The translations under genes and the position numbers were made by a program. Below, piece after piece: positions 56,414 to 64,000 of a stretch of DNA of 64,000 bases. The first letter of the stretch is position 1, and each line of letters opens with the position of its first letter. Below the pieces are notes generated by a model. The model saw only the letters and a program-made list of their open reading frames with translations. It did no database searches and was not told the origin of the DNA. Origin of the DNA: Caenibius sp. GTDB taxonomy: Bacteria > Pseudomonadota > Alphaproteobacteria > Sphingomonadales > Sphingomonadaceae. The stretch is taken from the NCBI GenBank assembly GCA_041396845.1, contig JAWKXU010000002.1, forward strand, positions 446,519-510,518, written 5' to 3'.

Positions 56414-56701
56414 GTTGGATCGCACTTTCTTCAACAATGAGGCGACATTCATGGTGCCGCCGGGACAGGTTATCGCGCGCCTACCACTGACGGGCGACTA
56501 TCGCAACGCCGCGCGCATCAGGTTGTGGCAAAGATGCTATACTTGGTAAATTCCCGCGCCGTGCATCGGTTGTTCATTTGTAATCTATACCTATCTGTTG
56601 CACATTGGTGTCAAACGTGTGGCGTGACACCTGCACATTTGAACACCATCTTTTTGGCGCCATCGCTTTGGCGCCATAACACTGGGCAACGGAAGAATAT
56701 C

Positions 56702-57361
56702 GTGATTGTCGAAATCGTCATTCTGGCCATGATCGCCGCATTTCTGGGGCTGAGGCTTTATTCGGTTCTCGGACGTCGCGCCGAACACGAAGAAGAATCC
56801 ATCCCGACCCGGTTTGAAAACCCGCCGAGGCAAGCCGGTTCCGACGCGACAGCGCAGCCTTCTGCATTCCCTCAGCCCATGCGACCGCGCGAATTTTCGG
56901 GCCTTCCCCCGGCGCTTGAACGCGGGCTTCAGGAAATTCATGCTGCGGATCGCTCCTTTGCGATCTCGCCTTTCGTGGAAGGCGCCAGGGCCGCTTATGC
57001 CATGATTCTCGAAGCCTTCTGGCAGGGCGATCGCGACGAGTTGGAAGCATTGTGCAGTCCCGATGTCTACGCCAGCTTCGCTGCTGCGATTGATGCGCGC
57101 GAAGCTGCTGGCGAAAGCCTCGACAACAAGCTCGTGCGAATCGAGGAAACAGTCGTCACGGCAGCGGAACTCGATGGCCGGATCGCTCGCATTGCCGTGC
57201 GATTCACGTCAGATATCGCCGCCGTCACACGTGATCGCGATGGCAACGTGATTGCCGGGTCGCTCGACGATGCAGTCGAAAGCCGCGATGTCTGGACCTT
57301 TGCCCGCGATGTGCGATCAGCAGAACCTGACTGGACACTCGAAGAAACCGACGAAGCCTGA
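56702..57361 (+). CDS. Tim44-like domain membrane protein
   Basis: GTG 56702, N-terminal TM segment VIVEIVILAMIAAFLGL. C-terminal ..VWTFARDVRSAEPDWTLEETD. Confidence 0.7.
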   Translation: MIVEIVILAMIAAFLGLRLYSVLGRRAEHEEESIPTRFENPPRQAGSDATAQPSAFPQPMRPREFSGLPPALERGLQEIHAADRSFAISPFVEGARAAYAMILEAFWQGDRDELEALCSPDVYASFAAAIDAREAAGESLDNKLVRIEETVVTAAELDGRIARIAVRFTSDIAAVTRDRDGNVIAGSLDDAVESRDVWTFARDVRSAEPDWTLEETDEA

Positions 57362-57371
57362 GCCGCGGGGC

Positions 57372-58640
57372 ATGGCCATGTCCAGCGATATTCCCGGACC
57401 AGTGGCCCGCGCGGGCGCAAGCGGCAGGCGCAGCGGGCCGATTAGCCGCGGCAGGCTGGCGGCCATCGCCGCATTTGCCCTGCTTGGCGGCTGTGTGCGC
57501 CTGATCCCGCAAACGCAAGCGCCGCCTGTCACACCTCCCGCGCCCGTCGCTCCACCAGTGCCAGCCAACGCCTTGCTGGCAGGCGTGAAGGCAGGGCCGA
57601 AAGTTGCATCGCTTGGCCTTACACAGCAGGATGCAGGCGCGGCGCTATCCTCTTTCGTGGAAAGCTGCCCCAAACTTCTCGCGCGGACTGACAAGAGCGG
57701 GCTGACACAGGCCAATGACTGGCGCACGGCCTGTGTGGCGGCAACCACTTGGCAATATGGTAACGCGCCGCAATTCTTCGAATCCTACTTTGAAACAGCG
57801 CGTGTCGGAGACGGCGCCGCATTCGCGACAGGATATTTCGAGCCGGAGATTGCTGGCAGCCGCACGCCCCGCGCAGGGTATGCAGTGCCGGTTTACGGGA
57901 TGCCGCAGGATCTTGTCCGGGACTGGCCTGCCGACACGCCCGAAGCCGAACGCACCGGCCGTCCGCCGCTGGGCCGCTATGACAGCGACGGCAAGTTCGT
58001 TTCCTATTTCGACCGGGCTGAAATCGAAGATGGCGCTCTGGCTGGCAAGGGCCTCGAAATCGCATGGGCGGCTGATCCGATAGAGTTCTTCTTCCTCCAG
58101 ATTCAGGGGTCTGGCCGTTTACGCTCGCCCGACGGCGAAGTAATTCGCATTGGCTACGCCGGGCAGAACGGACGCGAATATGTCGGGATCGGTTCCCTGA
58201 TGCGCGAGCGTGGGCTGATCGGCAGCGAACCGGGCCAATACTCCGGCTCCATGCAGGGCATCATGCAGTATCTGCGCGAACATCCCGAAGAAGGCCGCGC
58301 GCTGATGCGCGAAAACAAAAGCTGGGTCTTCTTCAGGGAGATCAAGGGCGATGGGCCGCTAGGCGCGCTCAGCGTACCGGTACGCGCCGAATCCTCCGTT
58401 GCTGCCGATCCCAATTATGTTCCCCTCGGCGCGCCGGTCTGGCTGGAACTTGACCGCCGCGAAGCCAATGGCCTGTGGATCGCACAGGATACCGGCGGCG
58501 CTATCAAGGGACCAAACCGGTTTGATACTTTCTGGGGCGCGGGCGACAGCGCCCGCCAGACTGCCGGCGGGATGAGCGGGCGCGGACAAGCCACGATCCT
58601 GCTCCCCAAGGGCACTCTCAAGAAGCTCGGCGTGGAATGA
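57372..58640 (+). CDS. mltA: murein transglycosylase A
   Basis: Trimmed to ATG 57372. ..FFLQIQGSGRL.. and 3D-domain ..DTGGAIKGPNRFDTFWG. Confidence 0.85.
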   Translation: MAMSSDIPGPVARAGASGRRSGPISRGRLAAIAAFALLGGCVRLIPQTQAPPVTPPAPVAPPVPANALLAGVKAGPKVASLGLTQQDAGAALSSFVESCPKLLARTDKSGLTQANDWRTACVAATTWQYGNAPQFFESYFETARVGDGAAFATGYFEPEIAGSRTPRAGYAVPVYGMPQDLVRDWPADTPEAERTGRPPLGRYDSDGKFVSYFDRAEIEDGALAGKGLEIAWAADPIEFFFLQIQGSGRLRSPDGEVIRIGYAGQNGREYVGIGSLMRERGLIGSEPGQYSGSMQGIMQYLREHPEEGRALMRENKSWVFFREIKGDGPLGALSVPVRAESSVAADPNYVPLGAPVWLELDRREANGLWIAQDTGGAIKGPNRFDTFWGAGDSARQTAGGMSGRGQATILLPKGTLKKLGVE

Positions 58641-59215
58641 AGCCCCCACGCGGGCTTTCCCCCGATGAGGCCGCAGTCTGGGCACGCCTCGCCAAAACGA
58701 TCACACCGCTGGCGGGCAGGCCAGTCCCACCGGTTAAATCTGCACAGCCACCCGCCCCAACGCCGCGCCCGATGCAATCGGCCAAAGTTGCGAGGCGACC
58801 CGCTTCACCGCCAGCCCCGCCACCAGCCCCGGCAAAGCCAAACCTTTACGCGCGCGGCCCCGCAACCCGGCAGGGGCTGGATTCCAGTTGGGAACGCAAA
58901 CTTGCCAAGGCATCCATAGCGCCCGATTTTACGCTGGACCTGCACGGCACAACGCTCGATGGCGCGCACAGGCGGCTCGATTCAGGGCTGGATCAGGCTC
59001 GTGCCATGGGTGCGCGGCTGGTGCTCGTCGTAACAGGAAAGCCCCGCCCCACCCATGCTGCCGACCGGGGCGAAAGACGCGGCGCCATTCGCGCCAAGAT
59101 ACTCGACTGGCTGGCATCCGGTCCCCACGCCAGCCAAATCGCGGCCATTCGCACCGCACACCCCCGCCACGGCGGATCAGGCGCGCTTTACGTTGTGTTG
59201 CGGCGGAACGTGTGA
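58637..59215 (+). CDS. Smr-domain protein
   Basis: LDLHGTTLDGAHRRL..LVLVVTGKP. Confidence 0.8.
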   Translation: MKPPRGLSPDEAAVWARLAKTITPLAGRPVPPVKSAQPPAPTPRPMQSAKVARRPASPPAPPPAPAKPNLYARGPATRQGLDSSWERKLAKASIAPDFTLDLHGTTLDGAHRRLDSGLDQARAMGARLVLVVTGKPRPTHAADRGERRGAIRAKILDWLASGPHASQIAAIRTAHPRHGGSGALYVVLRRNV

Positions 59216-59222
59216 GCGCCGA

Positions 59223-59819
59223 TCAAAGGCACTCACGCCCAAGGTAATCGCGCGATTCGGCGTTCACCAGCGCGGCATGGCCATAGTTGGGGTGATCGAT
59301 CACCACCATCACTTGCCCATCGCCTTTGCGCCACGCCTCAACGCTTTCGGGCGGCAGATCGAAATGGACGAAATGCACCGAACTGGCCTTGCCATCGCTG
59401 GCACGGGTGCGTTCCACGTCGCCTTCGGGCCGGGCAGGTATGCGTGTGCCTGCAACATCAAGGGCAATGTGCTGCTCTATACCGCCAATGGAGCGCAAGA
59501 AGGCATCGCGCCGCACTTCATCGTCGATTTCAAACAACAAGGTGGCGGTCAATTCATTGCCCTTGGGAACCATGGGGTCATAAGCGGCCAGTTCGTCGGC
59601 CAGTTGCTCCTCACCCCCCTTTTCGATCCGCAGCATCTCCTGAATCTGGAGCCACATGCTGTCCCATGTTTCAAACAGGATCGTGGCGTATGGCCCCACA
59701 GCCATACGGGTGAGCTTTTTGCGCTGGATCGCTTCTTCCTTCTTGTCCTTGCGGATCGTCTCGTACTGGTCGAGCGGAAGAATATCGGCAGCTGTAATGG
59801 TGCGTTGGTCACGCGGCAT
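59223..59819 (-). CDS. DUF3501 protein
   Basis: 198 aa. ..VGPYATILFETWDSMWLQIQEMLRIEKG..SSVHFVHF... The family call is from memory. Confidence 0.6.
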   Translation of the reverse strand: MPRDQRTITAADILPLDQYETIRKDKKEEAIQRKKLTRMAVGPYATILFETWDSMWLQIQEMLRIEKGGEEQLADELAAYDPMVPKGNELTATLLFEIDDEVRRDAFLRSIGGIEQHIALDVAGTRIPARPEGDVERTRASDGKASSVHFVHFDLPPESVEAWRKGDGQVMVVIDHPNYGHAALVNAESRDYLGRECL

Positions 59820-59830
59820 GGGTGTTCACC

Positions 59831-61156
59831 TCAAAGTTCATAGGCCCTGGCCAGCACCTCGATCGGGTGGCCAATGCGGTCAGGCGGAGTTGCGCCATTG
59901 CTTTCGATCACTTGCCTGAGATGCGGCCCGGCCAGGGGGCATTCGGACACGATCAGATCGGGATCATCCTTTGCGAGTGCGCGGGCAGCCGGACGGCCCA
60001 CTTTCACGGCGCGGTCAAAGTTCTCCTTGAAGATGCCCCACTTCCCGCCGTGGCCGGAACACCGCTCTGTCAGGCGCGGTTTCGCTTCGGGGATCAGCTT
60101 CAGCATTTCCATCGCCTTGGCGCCCATATTCTGCGCGCGGGCGTGGCAGGCAAAGTGGACGGCGATGGATTTGGCCATCGGTTCGATCGGCACAAGCCCC
60201 ACGTCCTTTGACAGGCGGACAACATATTCCGACACGTCGAACGTATGTTCGCTAAGCTGCTTGACGGCAGCATTGTCCGGCAGGATCAGCGGCCATTCGA
60301 ACTTCAGCATGAGCGCGCAACTGGTGGTGAGCGGGACAATATCCCAGCCATCTTCGATAAGCGGCGCGAAATGTGCAGAAATCCGTTCGGCTCGGCTCGC
60401 CACTTCGGGCAAATCGCCGTTTTCGAACTTCGGCATTCCGCAACAATCGGGATATTCGACGCGCACTTCCAGCCCCTGATGCGCGAAAACCTTCATCGCT
60501 GCATGGCCAGGTGTGCCATCGTTGAAGTTGTCATGGCAGCCTGCATAGATCGCAACCTTGCGACCAAAGGCAGGGCCTTCCCGGTTCGGCGGCGGGATCG
60601 TGGCCGGGGCCTGATTGGTAAGCGGCGTATCCATGAACGGCGGCAAGTGCGCGCGCTTGTCGATACCCAATGTCGCTTCCAGCGCGGGCCGGGTGAGGGC
60701 GTTGCCTTCCTTCGTCGCCCAGTTGGCGAGGCCTGACATGGCTGATCCCAGCTTGCCATTGCGGGTCATGTTGGAAAACTGTTCATCGGCAAAGGACGTC
60801 TCGCCCTTGCGATGTTCGATCGCGCGCGCGCGCAGCATCAGGTGCGGGAAATCAAGATCAAATGCGTGCGGCGGCACATAAGGACACTTCGTCATGAAGC
60901 ACATGTCGCACAAGGTGCAGGCATCGACGACGGCCTTCAACTGGCCCTTGTCGAGATCGTCCACTTCCTCGTTCGGGCTTTCATCAACCGCATCGAACAG
61001 GATCGGGAAACTGTCGCACAGATTGAAGCAGCGGCGGCATCCGTGACAAATATCGAAGACGCGGCGCAGTTCTTTGTCCAGCGCTTCCTCGTCATACCAT
61101 TCTTCGTCCTGCCACGGGATATTGTGGCGGGTGGGTGCTTCGAGACTACCTTCCAT
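59831..61156 (-). CDS. heterodisulfide-reductase-related (HdrD/GlpC-like) Fe-S protein
   Basis: Two 4Fe-4S motifs (CHGCRRCFNLCDSFP, CTLCDMCFMTKCPYVPP) and CCG-type Cys-rich domains (PDCCGMP, CSGHGGKWG). Confidence 0.8.
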   Translation of the reverse strand: MEGSLEAPTRHNIPWQDEEWYDEEALDKELRRVFDICHGCRRCFNLCDSFPILFDAVDESPNEEVDDLDKGQLKAVVDACTLCDMCFMTKCPYVPPHAFDLDFPHLMLRARAIEHRKGETSFADEQFSNMTRNGKLGSAMSGLANWATKEGNALTRPALEATLGIDKRAHLPPFMDTPLTNQAPATIPPPNREGPAFGRKVAIYAGCHDNFNDGTPGHAAMKVFAHQGLEVRVEYPDCCGMPKFENGDLPEVASRAERISAHFAPLIEDGWDIVPLTTSCALMLKFEWPLILPDNAAVKQLSEHTFDVSEYVVRLSKDVGLVPIEPMAKSIAVHFACHARAQNMGAKAMEMLKLIPEAKPRLTERCSGHGGKWGIFKENFDRAVKVGRPAARALAKDDPDLIVSECPLAGPHLRQVIESNGATPPDRIGHPIEVLARAYEL

Positions 61157-61192
61157 GCGGCTTTCCCCTGTCTGAAATCCGGTGATTGGATG

Positions 61193-61230
61193 AAAAAGGC
61201 CGGCGGCGCACAGAGGCGCGCACCGGCCCT
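61193..61230 (-). terminator. rho-independent terminator after the rubrerythrin gene
   Basis: Minus strand: GGGCCGGTGCGCGCC-TCT-GTGCGCCGCCGGCC, followed by TTTTTCA. Confidence 0.65.
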
Positions 61231-61244
61231 TCCATGTCGATCAA

Positions 61245-61664
61245 TCAGGCGTCGAGGCTGTCGAGCGTCTTCTGGAACTTGCCAGCGTGGCTCTTTTCAG
61301 CCTTGGCAAGCGTTTCGAACCAGTCAGCGATTTCGTCGAAGCCTTCTTCGCGCGCCGTCTTGGCCATGCCCGGATACATGTCGGTATATTCGTGCGTTTC
61401 GCCAGCGACTGCGGCTTTCAGGTTGTCGGAGGTGCCGCCAATTGCGAGGCCGGTGGCCGGATCGCCGCATTCTTCGAGGTATTCGAGGTGGCCGTGCGCG
61501 TGGCCGGTTTCACCTTCGGCGGTTGAGCGGAACACGGCAGCAACGTCGTTGTAGCCTTCGATGTCGGCTTTCTGTGCGAAATAGAGGTAACGGCGGTTGG
61601 CCTGGCTTTCACCGGCAAACGCCTCTTTCAGGTTTCCTTCGGTTTTTGAACCCTTCAGTGCCAT
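61245..61664 (-). CDS. rubrerythrin-family di-iron protein (no rubredoxin domain)
   Basis: [57 protein letters not shown]. Confidence 0.85.
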   Translation of the reverse strand: MALKGSKTEGNLKEAFAGESQANRRYLYFAQKADIEGYNDVAAVFRSTAEGETGHAHGHLEYLEECGDPATGLAIGGTSDNLKAAVAGETHEYTDMYPGMAKTAREEGFDEIADWFETLAKAEKSHAGKFQKTLDSLDA

Positions 61665-61864
61665 GATTATGCTCCTTGATTTGAGTAAAAGAATCCGTCG
61701 TCAGGAAGTGGACCCTTCCACGCGCAATTTCCATCGCAAATTTCCCCGGTCAATAATCGATAAAACCGATCAAACGCCTGCGAATTATTTGCAATAAGGA
61801 TTAAACCAGTGTCCGATCACAGGACCGGCTGCCCCGTAAAAAACAGGGCAGCCATCACTTGCAG

Positions 61865-62728
61865 TCAGGCAGGGGCCATCGCGCCGAACCGGCCACTGTT
61901 GAAATCATTGAACGCAGTGCGGATTTCATCTTCGCTGTTCATCACGAAGGGGCCATAGCCGACAACGGGTTCATCAATCGGCTCTCCGGTCATCACCAGC
62001 ACCATGCTGTCGCGATCGGCCGCAATCTGCACTCCATCGCCATCAATCGACAGGGAAGCAATTTCCGCTTCGCCCACAGCCTTGCCGTCAATTGTGACAT
62101 GCCCGGCAAGCACCGCAATCATGCTGGTGTGCCCTGCAGGCAATGGCAGCGCAATGCTGGCACCTGCATCAAGCCGCACATCCCAGAGATTGACGGGCGT
62201 AAAGGTGCGGGCGGCCCCGCGTGTTCCTTCCAGATCGCCCGCGATGACCCGCGCCCGTGCGCCATTCAGCACCACTTCGGGGATCATGTCCCGCGTGATG
62301 GCCTGGTAGGCCGGTGGCGTCATCTTGTCCTTTGCAGGCAGGTTGACCCACAACTGGACCATGCGAAAAGGCCCGCCGCTTCTGGAGTATCCGGGGGAGT
62401 GGAACTCTTCGTGGATGATGCCTGCACCTGCTGTCATCCACTGAACATCGCCACTGCCGATCGTGCCCCCGCCGCCGGCATTGTCCCGGTGGCTGACTTC
62501 GCCATCATAGACAATGGTCACGGTTTCGAACCCGCGATGCGGGTGCTGGCCCACGCCGCGCGGCTGGCCGCTGACTGGCTCAAAGGTCCATGGCCCTGCA
62601 TAGTCGAACAGCAGGAACGGGCTGATCACCTGTGTATCGCCGTTGTAGCTGAACAGGGAACGGACCGGGAAACCGTCACCGACCCAGTGGCTGGAATCAC
62701 TTCGGAAAATCTTTTCGACTGTCTTCAT
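61865..62728 (-). CDS. pirin-family protein
   Basis: ..GVGQHPHRGFETVTIVYDGE..WMTAGAGIIHEE... Confidence 0.88.
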   Translation of the reverse strand: MKTVEKIFRSDSSHWVGDGFPVRSLFSYNGDTQVISPFLLFDYAGPWTFEPVSGQPRGVGQHPHRGFETVTIVYDGEVSHRDNAGGGGTIGSGDVQWMTAGAGIIHEEFHSPGYSRSGGPFRMVQLWVNLPAKDKMTPPAYQAITRDMIPEVVLNGARARVIAGDLEGTRGAARTFTPVNLWDVRLDAGASIALPLPAGHTSMIAVLAGHVTIDGKAVGEAEIASLSIDGDGVQIAADRDSMVLVMTGEPIDEPVVGYGPFVMNSEDEIRTAFNDFNSGRFGAMAPA

Positions 62729-62769
62729 GGAACAACCTTTCAAGGGGGCGTTTGCCTGCCCCGCCCCTA

Positions 62770-62816
62770 GGCATTGCCTTTATGTTGCAACCTACATATG
62801 TGGACACAGGCAATGC
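62770..62816. promoter_or_regulatory. inverted repeat GGCATTGCC / GGCAATGC in the pirin-hxlR divergent region
   Basis: 62770-62778 and 62809-62816, plus palindrome GTTGCAAC at 62784-62791. Confidence 0.3.
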
Positions 62817-62845
62817 AACAAGTACGATCCTTAAGGATACTGTAA

Positions 62846-63172
62846 ATGAGTATGCTGCAACGCGAGGAAGACAAGCCTCTCTGCCCCGCCGAACGCGCCC
62901 TTGAACTGCTGTCCGGCAAGTGGAGGCCAATGGTCATCTTCTGGCTTCTGGATGGGCCGCTGCGGTTCAATGCGTTGCAGCGCCGACTGGGGGCAATCAC
63001 CCACCGCACACTGTCCAGAACGCTCAAGGAGATGGAAGCCGACGGACTGATCTGGCGGCAGGATTACCGCGAAATCCCGCCGCGCGTCGATTATGGCCTG
63101 ACCGCGCGCGGACGAAGCCTGAAACCCATTCTCGATGCAATGGAACATTGGGCGCTGGGCAATATGGAATAA
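62846..63172 (+). CDS. HxlR-family winged-helix regulator
   Basis: CPAERALELLSGKWRPMVIFWLLDGPLRFNALQR..ITHRTLSRTLKEME. Confidence 0.85.
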   Translation: MSMLQREEDKPLCPAERALELLSGKWRPMVIFWLLDGPLRFNALQRRLGAITHRTLSRTLKEMEADGLIWRQDYREIPPRVDYGLTARGRSLKPILDAMEHWALGNME

Positions 63173-63367
63173 CGGCAACACAATACCTGGCTGATGCGAA
63201 AGGGTGGAAACGCCAGAAGGCTGGCACCGATTTCACAAATGGCACTTCAACATCTGATTTGTGATATTATTTAACAGGTTGGAGATCTTGTCTTCAGCCT
63301 ATGACGTTCAAGTAATCGATTTGTGTCATAATTGCCTCTCTCCAGCGATTTAGCGTGAGGCGTTGCC

Positions 63368-64000
63368 GTGAAAGAGAAGGAACTCAGGCTTGCACTTGTA
63401 TTTTATGGTGGCGTTTCGCTTGCCATTTACCAGCATGGTGTAAACCGGGAAATTCTCAATCTTCTGCGGGCATCGCGTGCCTATCATGCTCCGCGAACAC
63501 CCACGCTAAAACAGGCCCCTTCCCACACCTACGATGCGCAAGCGCATTGGCCTTCATCCACCGAGCCTGTCTATTTCGATCTGCTGAAGGCATTGGGCAA
63601 ATCACTGGATTTGCGGGTTATTGTCGACATAATCTCGGGATCGTCCGCAGGCGGCATCAACGGCATAACGCTCGGCCGGGCCATCGCGCACGATCTCGAT
63701 ATTGCGCCGATTACGAAACTCTGGCTGGACGAAGCGGACATTCTCAGCCTGCTTGCGCCCAAGGCACGCCCCAAACCCTGGAGCAAATGGTATGTCTGGC
63801 CGTTTGTGCGCCTGCTTTTCCTGGGTATGAAAAGGGAAGGACTGCTGCCCGCCGAAAGCGGGGTGGAAATGCGCCACCGCATAACCTCTTTCATCCGTTC
63901 ACGCTGGTTCAAACCGCCACTGGACGGGGAGCATTTTCTCGACCTGCTTTTTAATGGCTTTGAAGCGATGAACGCTGATGCGGCAAGGCAATCAACCTTG
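63368..64000 (+). CDS. patatin-like phospholipase, N-terminal 211 codons (runs off window)
   Basis: My own translation from GTG 63368: VKEKELRLALVFYGGVSLAIYQHGV..IISGSSAGGINGITLG (GxSxG). Absent from the ORF track because no stop is reached. Confidence 0.7.
   Translation, partial: MKEKELRLALVFYGGVSLAIYQHGVNREILNLLRASRAYHAPRTPTLKQAPSHTYDAQAHWPSSTEPVYFDLLKALGKSLDLRVIVDIISGSSAGGINGITLGRAIAHDLDIAPITKLWLDEADILSLLAPKARPKPWSKWYVWPFVRLLFLGMKREGLLPAESGVEMRHRITSFIRSRWFKPPLDGEHFLDLLFNGFEAMNADAARQSTL

Noticed and set aside
1-64000. CRISPR arrays, rRNA genes, and prophage, retron or reverse-transcriptase genes.
   Set aside because: I found no regularly spaced direct-repeat array, no rRNA-like sequence, and no RT, terminase or capsid-like ORFs while reading the window. 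The only short repeats are those listed as att, arm-like, IS-end and MITE-like repeats.

Overview
High-GC alphaproteobacterial chromosome segment. The gene content looks Sphingomonadales-like, but that is inference only: no search was run, and all family calls rest on motifs read from the ORF-track translations. Layout: (i) 1-5.3 kb holds an oxidative catabolic gene set: two VOC proteins, an HSL-type esterase, a Baeyer-Villiger monooxygenase, an SDR and an aldo-keto reductase. (ii) 5.4-11.2 kb is a decay zone. A TonB-dependent receptor gene is decapitated by a frameshifted IS407-like IS3 element. This is followed by an orphan AT-richer 0.5 kb and a dead 5' fragment of an IS21 element. The IS21 fragment is fused to the stump of an older integrative-conjugative element (DUF6878-like fragment plus DUF932 gene) that ends at a 52-bp copy of the tRNA-Gly 3' end. 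(iii) 11.16-33.73 kb is a ~22.5 kb integrase-bearing island in tRNA-Gly(GCC). It carries a HigB/HigA-type TA pair, czcI-like/czcCBA, Zn-ribbon and MliC-like small proteins, a P1B ATPase with an SPC/HEGST signature, and LysR plus a TrbK/EexN-like protein. It also carries DUF2274, a 5'-truncated trbI abutting a full-length IS21 (istA broken, istB open), an RcnR/DmeR-type repressor with its operator but no cargo gene, DUF736, a MerR-controlled short CDF exporter, ynfA and a large ParB-like protein. Relaxase, coupling protein and the rest of the Trb system are absent, so this is a non-transferable ICE remnant acting as a metal-resistance island. (iv) 33.8-64 kb holds core genes: ybbN-like thioredoxin, folD, yggT, argB, guaA, tldD, nadB, nrdA/nrdB split by a GT2 gene and a MITE-like element, trpS, murJ, secB, mltA, a rubrerythrin/Fe-S/DUF3501 trio, pirin/HxlR, and a patatin-like gene running off the end. 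I do not see a complete, clearly novel multi-gene system. The most unusual signals are: a conserved stem-loop with an invariant loop in front of two consecutive ICE genes; matching repeat modules at both island ends that look like integrase arm sites; an orphan RcnR-type repressor with its operator; a very AT-rich 0.25 kb tract; and a 269-bp inverted-repeat element whose ends supply the stop codons of both neighbouring genes.
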